Below, one piece after another: positions 8,010 through 18,409 of a stretch of DNA of 51,408 nt (its first letter is position 1; each line of letters begins with the position of its first letter). The notes under the pieces are model-generated. The model was not told the origin of the DNA. It made no database searches and saw only the letters and a program-made list of their open reading frames with translations. Origin of the DNA: a virus (taxonomy: Duplodnaviria > Caudoviricetes). A program made the translations under genes and the position numbers. The DNA is taken from positions 1 through 51,408 of the IMG/VR virus record IMGVR_UViG_3300042923_000961, one strand, 5' to 3'.

Positions 8010-9131
8010 TTATACGCCTATTGCTATCCATGAAATATTACGAGCTATGCCAAAGCTGTGGAGAAAACTAATTTTTGATGTACTGTCAATATTTGTTTCT
8101 ACACCAAATGGTCCAGATGCGGCACCATTAATTCCACCAAATGCTACCCATATGTTTGTAGGAAATGTAATAGGTAAATTTATCTGAGTAACTGTTCCAG
8201 AAGGAACGTTTACTGCAACGCCCCATTGTAGTATAAGTCCTGAAGATAATCTTTGATATCCATTGGTAGAAAGCACTTGTCCAATAGAACCAGTAATCAA
8301 ACCACCATTAATAGATAATTCTGGAGTTGTAGCATTAGGTTGGGTTCCCACTTTGCTAATTGTTCCTGAATCCACACTAATCCCGTATGTGATCCCAGAT
8401 CCAGTTCTCCAGTTTCTTGATGATACAAATCCACCTCCGCTAGTTAATGCCCCGCGATAATTAATCGCCTGGCAATCTTCAATTAAGGCAACCCCCACTC
8501 CGTTATAGACATTGATTGCATATGATGTACTTCCTGTAGTTTTACCTGTAAAGTTGCAAGATACAATTCGTAAAAAAGTACAGTTATCACAATCAATACC
8601 ATCATTTGTTAGCGCGCTTGTATCAATTTTAATCGTATCCATACGGAAAGCGGCTGTATAGTTGATGTACATCGATCCAGTAATAATACTCGCTGTGTTC
8701 CCTGCACCTTGTAAATGAATTGCCCCGTTACCTACACCAATAAAATCGATGGACTCATTATATGTTCCAGCAGCTAAATTAATCGTTACTGCATGTAAGA
8801 TTACGTTAGGTAAAACATCAAACGCGTGTTGAAGCGTTCTAAATGCTGTCTCACTTGTTAAGCCATCATTGCTATCACTACCGGTTGTGCTCACGTAGTA
8901 GGTAATGTCTGCCGTTGTTTTAGAGGATTTAAACCCAAGTAGCGCACCAATATCGCTCTGAGTGTAACCGTTCTGCTGCAACTCTTGTATTGCTTCACTG
9001 ACCGTATGGAAGAGCCAATCAAAATGTCCCGCAGCAGGACTACTTCCAGCCACAAAACCGTTGTCCTTTAATGATTGAGGTGGCTCAACCCCTTCTTTAT
9101 TCCACTCTGGTGTTGGTTTCATAAAAGGCAT
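8010..9131 (-). CDS. Tail fibre / receptor-binding protein with predicted beta-helix domain
   Basis: YYVSTTGSDSNDG...F.TLQHA...INLAAGTY pectin-lyase-like start; NGYQRLSSGLILQWG fibre-tip motif. Confidence 0.85.
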   Translation of the reverse strand: MPFMKPTPEWNKEGVEPPQSLKDNGFVAGSSPAAGHFDWLFHTVSEAIQELQQNGYTQSDIGALLGFKSSKTTADITYYVSTTGSDSNDGLTSETAFRTLQHAFDVLPNVILHAVTINLAAGTYNESIDFIGVGNGAIHLQGAGNTASIITGSMYINYTAAFRMDTIKIDTSALTNDGIDCDNCTFLRIVSCNFTGKTTGSTSYAINVYNGVGVALIEDCQAINYRGALTSGGGFVSSRNWRTGSGITYGISVDSGTISKVGTQPNATTPELSINGGLITGSIGQVLSTNGYQRLSSGLILQWGVAVNVPSGTVTQINLPITFPTNIWVAFGGINGAASGPFGVETNIDSTSKISFLHSFGIARNISWIAIGV

Positions 9132-9144
9132 CTATTTCATCTCC

Positions 9145-9789
9145 TTAAATTGGCAGTTCATTTCCTTCGTTATCGTCATATAGTTCTCCGAGTAGTCCAC
9201 CCGACTGATCGACCACATCATAGGTCGTGCTGAATCCATAGTTAATGTTCAGATCAGGTGAACCGTAAACATTCGCAAATCGGAACGTTCCTGATAGATT
9301 TACTCGCGCTACTCGAATACCCGCACCGACGATCTTTTGAACGATTTGTACAAATTGATTGCCCGTCAGACCAATCTCACTAAGCTGAGTTAAAGGCGCC
9401 TTTTCAATCGATATGGCCGCTGGCTCTCCATCACCTGTTTCGACAAGGCTTCTGATTGAAACGTCTTTCTTTTCACAGCCTAATGTGAGTGCGATCGCAT
9501 CGATCATCTTGTCGTACGTACCATCTGATTGGTTCTGAACGATCTTCGCTATAATTAGAGTCCGATAGATTACATCACTTGTTTGACCTCTGGTTTGCGA
9601 AAAGTCCGCCCCTATCAAATCAAGTGTTGTTCCCTTAGCGTTATTCAAGTCTCTCCACTGTTCAACCGTGTTCAATGTGTCTGACAGACTATCTACCTCA
9701 TTAGAAACAATAGTTATCAACTTACCAATGTTTGAAGATGGATCCTTAATATATCGATCGGTAATCTTCGAAATCCAGTCCGAAATCAT
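9145..9789 (-). CDS. Baseplate wedge protein (DUF2612-like)
   Basis: AKGTTLDLIG...R motif; follows baseplate J. Confidence 0.75.
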   Translation of the reverse strand: MISDWISKITDRYIKDPSSNIGKLITIVSNEVDSLSDTLNTVEQWRDLNNAKGTTLDLIGADFSQTRGQTSDVIYRTLIIAKIVQNQSDGTYDKMIDAIALTLGCEKKDVSIRSLVETGDGEPAAISIEKAPLTQLSEIGLTGNQFVQIVQKIVGAGIRVARVNLSGTFRFANVYGSPDLNINYGFSTTYDVVDQSGGLLGELYDDNEGNELPI

Positions 9790-10964
9790 ACATGGGTCAC
9801 CTCAATCAACGCCACACTTGTCTGTGCCGCTTCGTTTGGATCAATATCAACATTTGATGATCCTAGAGAAGAACCATTGCGACCAACGGTGATTGTTACG
9901 TCATCGATCCCGGCTACCGCATAGACACAAGAGAATAAACGTGAATAGATGACGTCCTCTCCCATGAGTAATCCTGAATGGAATGTGCCTTCTGTGTCGG
10001 TACCCCCAATGTAATCCAATAGGGTCAGCCGAATCTGATCGTCGCCATCAATTTCAAAAGATGAATTCGTCTTAATAGAAATTTGCACTGCAATATCCGT
10101 CTCAGTCGCAAAATCAAACTTGATCGTATGCATGGTACCGCTACTGTCAACAACATCTACCGACTGACCGCCAACAGTTTCAATACCCGCGGCTACCGAA
10201 TTAAGCAGTGTGTCCGCCACGTTCGCTGTAGTTCCTCCAAGCACATAAGCATGCACAGACTTTGGAGGATTTCCAGCTCCGTCCGCCTCTATTGTGTTAT
10301 TGACAATCACGTTTGCCGACCGAACACCCGAAGTCTCAAGAAGCTTCGCCACAATCGATGGAAAGGTTGCGTTCCCTGTACTGTCACTACCGGCGACCAG
10401 TCTTTGCCGGAATTCGTTATCAGTTTCTTGATCCCGACCACCAGTTGCTGCTTCGGGATTTGAAACTGAGAAAACATTTGAATCAGGATTCGCTTGCACC
10501 GTGATGGATCCGGCCGTCACATTTGTATCGACACCCGTATCGGTCGAGACAGCATCAATGGTACCGTTCCCGTTTGCATCTAGCGTTAATTCAGCAATCG
10601 TTTCAAACTGAATCCCGCTCGCTGTTGAAAAAACGGTACCTTCCTCAATCACATAGTTCGGTTTACCGGAAATGGCCATTGTGGCATAGCTGCTTGCCGC
10701 TGGTATTCGGCTAGTCCCCATGAGTGTACTCAGTCGGTCTAACTGTATCCCCTCGGACTTAGTGACAAAACCGGCATTATAAACACTCTCAGCAAGTTCC
10801 CAAGCTATGGATAAGAACCATGCAAATAGGATAATCAAGATACCGAGAAAGGATTTTTGTGAAACATTGACGTCTGCACCCCATAGCTCCCGAGCCTTGC
10901 CCTGCATATCGCTAACTAAGTCGGCATAGCTTTTTTTCTGAAACCCATTTTGATCAAGCATCAA
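9786..10964 (-). CDS. Baseplate J/gp47 family protein
   Basis: GIQLDRL, ATGGRDQETDNEFRQR motifs. Confidence 0.9.
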   Translation of the reverse strand: MMLDQNGFQKKSYADLVSDMQGKARELWGADVNVSQKSFLGILIILFAWFLSIAWELAESVYNAGFVTKSEGIQLDRLSTLMGTSRIPAASSYATMAISGKPNYVIEEGTVFSTASGIQFETIAELTLDANGNGTIDAVSTDTGVDTNVTAGSITVQANPDSNVFSVSNPEAATGGRDQETDNEFRQRLVAGSDSTGNATFPSIVAKLLETSGVRSANVIVNNTIEADGAGNPPKSVHAYVLGGTTANVADTLLNSVAAGIETVGGQSVDVVDSSGTMHTIKFDFATETDIAVQISIKTNSSFEIDGDDQIRLTLLDYIGGTDTEGTFHSGLLMGEDVIYSRLFSCVYAVAGIDDVTITVGRNGSSLGSSNVDIDPNEAAQTSVALIEVTHV

Positions 10965-10972
10965 TCCACCCC

Positions 10973-11347
10973 CTAACTTTCGACACCGACGTTATCTAGG
11001 CTCACAGTCTCGCCGGCGTCCGCCTTGGTCATGGACAATGAAATCGATCGTGTCCTTGCACTTCGATCATCCAAAAAGGATATATTGTCCACGGTTGCAA
11101 CGCGCTCTTCTTGTGCGACCGCTTCAACGATGTCATCATGCGCCGCGTCCTGATCCGCTTGTTTTCCAAGTAGATTATCTCGAGACAACCCAAACTCTGT
11201 GTCCATAAAAAACTCGCACTGTCGGGTTTTGAGTATTGACTCAACCGACTGAGCGAGTTCTTCATCGCCATCAACCATCTGTATCTCACCGTTTTTCATC
11301 ACGAGATCGCCGTTTGCATCTATAAGCGGTGATTTCAATAAAAACAC
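10973..11347 (-). CDS. Baseplate gp25-like sheath initiator (DUF2634-like)
   Basis: ELAQ...LKT...EFFMDTEFG pattern; gene order. Confidence 0.75.
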   Translation of the reverse strand: MFLLKSPLIDANGDLVMKNGEIQMVDGDEELAQSVESILKTRQCEFFMDTEFGLSRDNLLGKQADQDAAHDDIVEAVAQEERVATVDNISFLDDRSARTRSISLSMTKADAGETVSLDNVGVES

Positions 11348-11679
11348 CCCACAATCACAGCATCAGTTAAATCATGAGTCCTTGTCGAATCTGGATCGAA
11401 CTTCTCCGATCCGTTCATTTCATCCAGCGCGCGATCCGCAAAATTAAGCAGGACCACATCCCCAACATTTAGATCACCTACATGTTTTAATACATTGGCG
11501 TCCTCGATCAGTGGCCACTCATCTAAGTTACCGTCGTTGTCTGCGGACATAAAAAGAGGCTCAACATCAGCTGTGTGAGCCCCTGAATCATATTTCTTTA
11601 CAACAGCCGGTGCCGCAACATGCAACGACAGTTTAATATTGCGAATAAGCGCGTCTGTATACTTCGTCCCATTTGACAT
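11335..11679 (-). CDS. Baseplate spike (Gp138-like)
   Basis: VGDVVLLNFADR...RTHDLTDA. Confidence 0.8.
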   Translation of the reverse strand: MSNGTKYTDALIRNIKLSLHVAAPAVVKKYDSGAHTADVEPLFMSADNDGNLDEWPLIEDANVLKHVGDLNVGDVVLLNFADRALDEMNGSEKFDPDSTRTHDLTDAVIVGCFY

Positions 11680-12689
11680 CAGATCACCTGCACTTCTGTA
11701 AGAAAATCAGTACCATCTGAGTAGTGCTTACCGCTTTTGGTTCGAAATTTACCGTTGGCAGTCTGGCTCTTTACCGTAATAATGCTCGCCGTTGTGATTC
11801 GATGCTGCAGTAAGCATTTGACCGTGTAACCTTTACCGTCCGTGTCATCGTCAAAAGGCTGAGGAGATTCGATTAACCCAGTATCACTATTGAGTGTAAA
11901 ATGCTCATCGTCGCCTTCCTCAATTGATCGGATTACCATTTTCCCGCGGCGATAATACATTTGTGCTTTGCAATCGTTCACGACTTCCTCCAGATTATTT
12001 TCGATCAACCCGGTAACGCGATAGCCTTTTTTATAAACCTTGTCGTAAGGGATTGAGCATGCTGCTAACTTTACTCCAAGGTCTTTGCACAGACGCTTAA
12101 TGATCGTAGAACCATGTATCCCTTTAGCAAAGGTGATGACATTCGTACGTTTCTTGTATTTGGCTTCTTTGACGGTCTTATAACTGGTCGTAGCCACATA
12201 CTTTTTCAGCTTCGTAGTGGTCTTGATCTTGCCCTTGACAATCTTGTTGGTCGTAACTTTGTGTGTCTTAATGACTTTGATGGGCTTGGCTAGCTTCACA
12301 CGCTTTTTGACATAATACTTTTTCGCCGGATCCGCCTGAGCAAGCGTCACTTTTTTATGGCTAAAATCCTCGCCTTCTAAAAAAGTGATCGTCGTGATCT
12401 TATCGACGCCATCTTTCTTGGTCAGCACCGTTGAGATTCGTCCACTGGCAATCACACCATAATCACCCCGATAGCCAGCTTGTACTGTGCAGATATCACC
12501 TTGATGAAGCCGATCGATCGTTGCTTTTGACAGATTATAGATGTCTACGGTGGATGTGTTCGGCTTGGCGTCGTCATCAAATGGGCACTCAAAATGGATC
12601 TCAAGCTCGCTACCGTCAAACGTTGTCGAGTAATCACCACTCACATGGATCTTCGTTATCCGGCCGTATAGTTGTGCGTTAGTCGCCAC
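11679..12689 (-). CDS. Baseplate hub protein
   Basis: IYNLS, AGY, TGLIESP motifs; start reassigned to GTG 12689 after GGAG. Confidence 0.75.
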   Translation of the reverse strand: MATNAQLYGRITKIHVSGDYSTTFDGSELEIHFECPFDDDAKPNTSTVDIYNLSKATIDRLHQGDICTVQAGYRGDYGVIASGRISTVLTKKDGVDKITTITFLEGEDFSHKKVTLAQADPAKKYYVKKRVKLAKPIKVIKTHKVTTNKIVKGKIKTTTKLKKYVATTSYKTVKEAKYKKRTNVITFAKGIHGSTIIKRLCKDLGVKLAACSIPYDKVYKKGYRVTGLIENNLEEVVNDCKAQMYYRRGKMVIRSIEEGDDEHFTLNSDTGLIESPQPFDDDTDGKGYTVKCLLQHRITTASIITVKSQTANGKFRTKSGKHYSDGTDFLTEVQVI

Positions 12690-13092
12690 CGCTATCATCT
12701 CCACTGTCCAAGTCAAAGCCATCTGTGTCCTGATCGTTATCCGTAGGACCACTGTCGTCCTCATCATCGTCTGGCAAGTCATCAAGGCACAAGAACACGA
12801 TTACGCCAAAATTATCCCATGTGATACGCTGTGCTTGTCCAGATTCGTCCAGTGGGATCAAGTCCTCTGCCGGCATGCTCTCAGGATCAATGATCTCGTT
12901 AAACAGCGGCATATTGAGCACAAGCTTCTCACCGGCGACAAGTACATTTCCCATGGCATCGTAAAGGGTCGCGGTGAAAAAATCATGAGACTCGTTATAA
13001 TCAATGTCGATAAAAAAGCTGTCACTTTCGGAATCCCACTCAAACCGAAACGGCAGCTGCGTCTTATCTATTGGAATGTAGTCATGCTTCAT
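12679..13092 (-). CDS. Baseplate plug-like protein with acidic tail
   Basis: Gene order; YNE...F...LYD..G..LVAGEKLV pattern. Confidence 0.65.
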   Translation of the reverse strand: MKHDYIPIDKTQLPFRFEWDSESDSFFIDIDYNESHDFFTATLYDAMGNVLVAGEKLVLNMPLFNEIIDPESMPAEDLIPLDESGQAQRITWDNFGVIVFLCLDDLPDDDEDDSGPTDNDQDTDGFDLDSGDDSGGD

Positions 13093-13659
13093 CTATGCCA
13101 CCCTCAAACGAACACCAACCGGAATTTTACGTGCCGGATACTTATTCCAACTTTCTAGTTGCGAAATACTCGTACCATATTGTCGAGATAGTGCCCAGTA
13201 GGTCATACCCTTTTTAACTTTTATATACTTAGCAGACGACTTCTTGTTGACCGTTTTTTTCTTCTTACCGACCGTTTTCTTGGCTGTTTTTGCCTTAGCA
13301 CTTGTACTCGACCATTTTTCTTTTACGATTTTTATAAACTGCAGCTGTATGCTCAAAGATGATCCGTTAGCCAAATCACCTGTTCGACTGTCATCAATGC
13401 TTATAATGATTACTTTCTTGGCAACAGTTCGTCCGGTGTATGTGAGCAGAGTTCCTTTTCTCATGCAGTCACGCAGATACTGTAGATCGGGCTTATAGTG
13501 CGTCTTAATGATTTTACCGGTAAGTGACAATGTCTGTGGTTGTTGTTGCACATGGTCTGAGATAGGTTCACCTTTATCTACTGGATAAGCTGTCGCAGTT
13601 ACCGAATTGCTCAATTGTTCTGTATCAATATACAGATTAACTTTTCCGAGCTTAGACAT
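13093..13659 (-). CDS. Tail tube initiator with C-terminal LysM-like domain
   Basis: YPVDKGEPISDH motif; YIKVKKGMTYWALSRQYG LysM. Confidence 0.8.
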   Translation of the reverse strand: MSKLGKVNLYIDTEQLSNSVTATAYPVDKGEPISDHVQQQPQTLSLTGKIIKTHYKPDLQYLRDCMRKGTLLTYTGRTVAKKVIIISIDDSRTGDLANGSSLSIQLQFIKIVKEKWSSTSAKAKTAKKTVGKKKKTVNKKSSAKYIKVKKGMTYWALSRQYGTSISQLESWNKYPARKIPVGVRLRVA

Positions 13660-16600
13660 TAGCTAATCACCCCCGGATCAACAAAGGTAGTGAGATTTTT
13701 AAAGACCTTCTCAATCTCATCTCGCACCTGACGACCAATATTGTCTGCAACATTGGCATCGCCACCGTCAACCTTGATATTGATGGTAACAGGCGCACTA
13801 ATCGTTATCGGTCGATTGCTGACTACGCCTATACTTCCATTTCCGCCATTGTCAGGATCATCTTTTTTCTTACGTGGTCCAAAAACTTTTTCTGCCCATG
13901 ATCCAGCGCCTGGTGTACCTTTTGCATAGCCAACGTACTTACCACCCTTAGCCATTGAAGCAATACCCGGAACTTTGCTGATGCTACCATACCGAGACTC
14001 GATATAACGCACTGAAGATGCTACCTGGTCGATTGGATTCATCCAGCTTGTATGACCCTTAACCGCATGAGCAAGAAAGGTCGATTTAATCATCTGCATA
14101 AGACCTGCAGAAGGATGGCCAGCCTTCGCATTGCTATCCCAATTGTTCACAGCGTTTGGATTTCCGCCTGATTCGCGTTGAGCGATCGTTGCTAAGCCTT
14201 TCGCCCATGATGCACCTTTAACGCCTGCTAATTTCATGCCGGCAGCGATCCACTGCTTGACGTCACCTGATACCTTGACGCCCTTGAAGCTAGCAAGATC
14301 GGACGAGTGAGCAAGATTTGATATGCCGCTGCTGATCAAGTTCTTAACTGCCGGCATCGCAGTCTTCTTTGTGAATTGGGTAAGATCGCCTAGATCACCA
14401 ACGGAAACACCTGCTTTTTTCATCAAATGATTTGCTGCAGAAGATGCTCCATTCTTGATCCAGCTAAACCCTTTACCAAGGAAGTCCCCAATCGAATTCC
14501 AGAATCCGTTTGTACCTTTGGCATAAGCTTTTGCGCCAAGCATGCGTTCTGTGTCGCTGCCGTTCAGAACTTGGGTTCCAGCCGGCATATTCTGATAGAG
14601 AGTTGGAACAGCAGGTGATAGGCCCGCAGCTCCTTGAGGAGTGAACCAAAACTCCGGTTTACCACCATCGCCAAGAATGGCATTACCTCCTGGATGTCCC
14701 CCTAACGCTGTTCCTGTTGCATAGGCATGAGCCCCACTCTTATAAACGCCTGCACTGCTTGTGTCGGCAGTCGTCTTCTTTCCTTGTTGTCCAAAGGTTG
14801 CTCCTGAAGATTTACCAGTAAATAATTTAACAAGACTGTTCCAAAATCCTGAGATATTCTTCCACATTTTATCCCAGAAACCTAGAACTTTTCCTGTTTC
14901 CCAATCGACTTGATCTACATGCCCCTTAGCTTGTTTCTTGGCATAAGAGACGACTTTCTGCTGCATCTCTTTAGCGCTGTTAATAGACTTATCACGCTGT
15001 CTTTGAGCCGCCTTAATTAACTTAGTTGCCTGATCCGCGCTTATGGAATGTGTATCATCACGCTCATGAACGATTGCTTGCACCACTTTGTCGTATTTAC
15101 GGTTCGCTGATGCAATCGCAGATTTCTCAGACTTTCGGGCATTATGGACAACGTCCGCAGCCTGTTGGGCTGATAGTTTTCCAGAATCAGCTTTCAATCT
15201 CTCAAAAATGGAACGCTGTTCTTTTGCACCTTTGGACATGTTCATGATTGCATAATCATTCATCTGCGCTTGTAGTGCGTTGATTTCTTCCTTCTCACGA
15301 GCGGTCAGGCGCCGGTGTTCTTTCCGCGCCTTGTCAAGAATATCGGTAATTCGGTTCTGGGCTCTGCTTACCGTTTTCGTCTGATTTTTATAGCTGTTCT
15401 GCATGTTCCATAAGATCGTGTTCTGCTCACTAGCTGAGATTCCCTTAGTAGATCTCATAAATGATGTGAGCGTATCTTTGTCCTGATAATAATGACTTTT
15501 CATAGTTTCAGTTATGGAAGTTGCCATATCGCTATAAGTTGTTTTTAGCGCGCTTGCAGTTGACTTGCTGATCTTCTTACCAGATGCCTCGAGCGACATC
15601 AGCTGTTCGGTGGCTTTGCTGTTAAGGTCCTCATATGCTTTTATCGATCCTGATAATTCATAATCATTGCCGCCTTTGAACATGCCCTGGATTTTTCCAC
15701 CTGCCCACTTTCCTACAGCAGATCCAGCGAGTGATCCAGCAGCCGCACCAATACCACCACCAATTGCGGTACCAACACCTGGCATGATTAGAGTACCTAA
15801 GGCTGCTCCTCCTGCAGCACCGCCCCAGGTTCCACCCATGGAACCAAGAACATCACCAATATGTGACCCGGCAGTTCCCTTAGTCATGCCGAGAAGACCA
15901 GTTAGTGATGCAAGAATTCCAAGGCCTGCAACACCTCGACCAAGCCATTTCGCACCAGTTCCTGCAGTACGCAAAAGACGTCCACCACGTGAAGCATTCT
16001 GAGCAACATCTTCGACAGTTTCAGCAGCAGTAGAGGCACTACCACGCTTAAATAAACGTTTAATGAAGCCGCCTTTTTTCCCTTTTGCAGAGGCGCTACC
16101 TGTTCCACCAATATCAACGGATGATCCAACCCCGCCAACATTTCCTTCTGCTCGGGAAAGATTTTCAGCAGCAACTGTGTTCTTTTCCATTTCGCGGCGT
16201 TGTGCTGCAAGTGATAAAGTTGAATCTGCTGTCCGACCAGTCATTCTACCAATGACAGAGTTGAGCATTCCGTAACCTTTTGCGACTGCACCAACGCCCC
16301 GAATAAACAGACCGAATCCAGCTGCCAAACCAATTAACGCTCCCGTACCAACTGCTGTGTAGGTAATAAATGCCTGTTGTTTTGAAGATAGATGATTAAA
16401 CCAGTCAACAACCTTTTGTCCTTTATTAACGAACCAGTCAAGTATTGGAACAAGATGATTACCCATGCTGATACCCGCAGTTTCGGCCGATCCTCTCAGC
16501 TGTTCAACATCACCTTTGAGGTTCTTCATCTTTTGCGCTGCAACATCTGCGGCTTTGATCTTGTCCATCGCTCTGGCCATAGCATCGACGCCCTTGGCAC

Positions 16601-18218
16601 CTTCTTGGAAGAGGAATCCTGCACCACGGTAACCGTCTGTGCCGAACATCGTTTTAAGAGAATCGCTGACCTGCTCAGAGGTCATTCCCTTCAAGTGCTT
16701 GGATAACAATTGTGCTATATCGTCAATCTTCTTTAGATCGCCATGTTGATCGTAGAATGCGGAGTGCAAAGCTCCCGATTGCATGGTTAAGTCTTTGAAC
16801 GCTTTCTCCTGTTTCTTAGTCCCTTCTTTGGCACCGGACATTTTCACAGACAACGCAGTAAGCTGATCCATCAACTTCCCTTGATCGGTAGACAAAGGCT
16901 TAATCCCATGCGCCTGTAACAGTTTCATTGCTTGCGAGGCATCGAAAGTCAGCAATCCTAAACGCTCAAATTCACTTGCAGCTTTCTCAGTTTGTGGATG
17001 CAAGTTTAAGAGCATCGTTTTAAGCGACGTGCCAGCATCGCTTCCCTTTATCCCGTGCTGGGCGTAAACAGCCAAGGCTGTCGCTGTGTCTTTAAAAGAT
17101 AGACCTGCAATTGATGCCGCCCCGGATACCATAGATAGAGAGTATTTTAATTCGCTGACATCTGTGGCACTCGCATTGGCCGCACCTGCTAGAATATCAG
17201 CAGCTTTAGCAACGCTTAAATGATCTTTTCGGAATGCATTCAAGGCTGTCGAAGCGACTTCTGCCGCATCCTTCAAATTCAATTCCCCAGCCGTTGCTAA
17301 ACTAAGTGATCCGGATAGGGCACCATGCATAATGTCTGATACACTAACACCGGCCTTAATCAGTTCTTCTTCTGCTTGTGCTGCTTCCAAAGCGGAATAT
17401 TTTGTCTTGGCGCCTTGGACAATTGCTAAATGTTCTAGAGATTTGCTGTATTTTTCAACGTCTTTCGGATCCATAACGGATTTTGTGCTAGACATCTGCT
17501 GTTGAAAGTCCATGGCCTTTTTACCAGCATAGGCAAGCCCTCCGCCGACGGCCAATGAAGCGTAGCCGAAGGTATTGGTCAGTCCCTCACCGGCATCACG
17601 CATATTACTGCCGATATTTCTATACTTTTTCGCTGACTTTTTGAAAACATTATTTTCCGCGGAATTTAACTTATTAAAACTTCGCGTTGTCTTCGCAAGA
17701 TCACCCTGCAGATCACCGAGGGCGGCAGATTCCTCATTGATTCGGACACGCATTCGGTGGAGCGCATTGCCGCTTTGTACGGCTTGCCCCCTCATCTCAG
17801 CATATTGATCCTTTAATGCAGAAACTTTTTTCTTCTGCAAATCAACTACATCAGAAAGTCCGGATGCTCTTTTTCTAAGAGAATCTGTTTCCCTTCCCAT
17901 GTCGGAAAGACCAGCCGTAGATGCTCTGAGCGCTGATTTCTGCAACTCAAGCTGACGTTCCAACTGTTTAACACGTTCTGCGGCTGACGCCGTTTGATTG
18001 GCGTTCTGGCGCATAGACTCAGTGTTTTGATCAGCCTTACGTGAGGATTCCTGATACTGTGCGCCCATATAGCTAGCGGATTGTCCAGCACGTTGTGTTG
18101 CACGTTCCATTTCAGCTGAGGCACGCTTGGTGTCGTCTATCCGTCGATTTGCTTGTTCCAGTGCTGAATAATTAACGACAAATTCTACTCTATTGGTTAA
18201 TTTCCTAACGACGCCCAT
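13659..18218 (-). CDS. Tape measure protein with C-terminal lytic transglycosylase (SLT) domain
   Basis: 1519 aa; TP901-type core GIKGSDAGTSLK; RESGGNPNAVNNWDSN...GLMQ. Confidence 0.95.
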   Translation of the reverse strand: MGVVRKLTNRVEFVVNYSALEQANRRIDDTKRASAEMERATQRAGQSASYMGAQYQESSRKADQNTESMRQNANQTASAAERVKQLERQLELQKSALRASTAGLSDMGRETDSLRKRASGLSDVVDLQKKKVSALKDQYAEMRGQAVQSGNALHRMRVRINEESAALGDLQGDLAKTTRSFNKLNSAENNVFKKSAKKYRNIGSNMRDAGEGLTNTFGYASLAVGGGLAYAGKKAMDFQQQMSSTKSVMDPKDVEKYSKSLEHLAIVQGAKTKYSALEAAQAEEELIKAGVSVSDIMHGALSGSLSLATAGELNLKDAAEVASTALNAFRKDHLSVAKAADILAGAANASATDVSELKYSLSMVSGAASIAGLSFKDTATALAVYAQHGIKGSDAGTSLKTMLLNLHPQTEKAASEFERLGLLTFDASQAMKLLQAHGIKPLSTDQGKLMDQLTALSVKMSGAKEGTKKQEKAFKDLTMQSGALHSAFYDQHGDLKKIDDIAQLLSKHLKGMTSEQVSDSLKTMFGTDGYRGAGFLFQEGAKGVDAMARAMDKIKAADVAAQKMKNLKGDVEQLRGSAETAGISMGNHLVPILDWFVNKGQKVVDWFNHLSSKQQAFITYTAVGTGALIGLAAGFGLFIRGVGAVAKGYGMLNSVIGRMTGRTADSTLSLAAQRREMEKNTVAAENLSRAEGNVGGVGSSVDIGGTGSASAKGKKGGFIKRLFKRGSASTAAETVEDVAQNASRGGRLLRTAGTGAKWLGRGVAGLGILASLTGLLGMTKGTAGSHIGDVLGSMGGTWGGAAGGAALGTLIMPGVGTAIGGGIGAAAGSLAGSAVGKWAGGKIQGMFKGGNDYELSGSIKAYEDLNSKATEQLMSLEASGKKISKSTASALKTTYSDMATSITETMKSHYYQDKDTLTSFMRSTKGISASEQNTILWNMQNSYKNQTKTVSRAQNRITDILDKARKEHRRLTAREKEEINALQAQMNDYAIMNMSKGAKEQRSIFERLKADSGKLSAQQAADVVHNARKSEKSAIASANRKYDKVVQAIVHERDDTHSISADQATKLIKAAQRQRDKSINSAKEMQQKVVSYAKKQAKGHVDQVDWETGKVLGFWDKMWKNISGFWNSLVKLFTGKSSGATFGQQGKKTTADTSSAGVYKSGAHAYATGTALGGHPGGNAILGDGGKPEFWFTPQGAAGLSPAVPTLYQNMPAGTQVLNGSDTERMLGAKAYAKGTNGFWNSIGDFLGKGFSWIKNGASSAANHLMKKAGVSVGDLGDLTQFTKKTAMPAVKNLISSGISNLAHSSDLASFKGVKVSGDVKQWIAAGMKLAGVKGASWAKGLATIAQRESGGNPNAVNNWDSNAKAGHPSAGLMQMIKSTFLAHAVKGHTSWMNPIDQVASSVRYIESRYGSISKVPGIASMAKGGKYVGYAKGTPGAGSWAEKVFGPRKKKDDPDNGGNGSIGVVSNRPITISAPVTINIKVDGGDANVADNIGRQVRDEIEKVFKNLTTFVDPGVIS

Positions 18219-18409
18219 CAGTCCTCACCTCGCATCAATTTGAGTTTCATTGCAGCCACTTCGTTAAGTACAGCAAGCCGATGCGCATCGGCAAGCATTA
18301 CTTCCTCTTCTGTACAAATACCCGCGATTACAGGTTGCCAAATTGAAAAATCACGTTCGACTTCTTTAACAATTCGAACTGGTGCAGGCTTAGTGCAGCA
18401 GTTCTCCAA
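18218..18409 (-). CDS. Tail assembly chaperone, second-frame (GT-like) extension
   Basis: Overlaps the chaperone gene in the +1 frame; no RBS; directly precedes the tape measure gene. Confidence 0.6.
   Translation of the reverse strand: MENCCTKPAPVRIVKEVERDFSIWQPVIAGICTEEEVMLADAHRLAVLNEVAAMKLKLMRGED

Noticed and set aside
7700-9200. Diversity-generating retroelement or invertible fibre cassette
   Set aside because: No reverse transcriptase, invertase, template/variable repeat pair or inverted fibre copy found
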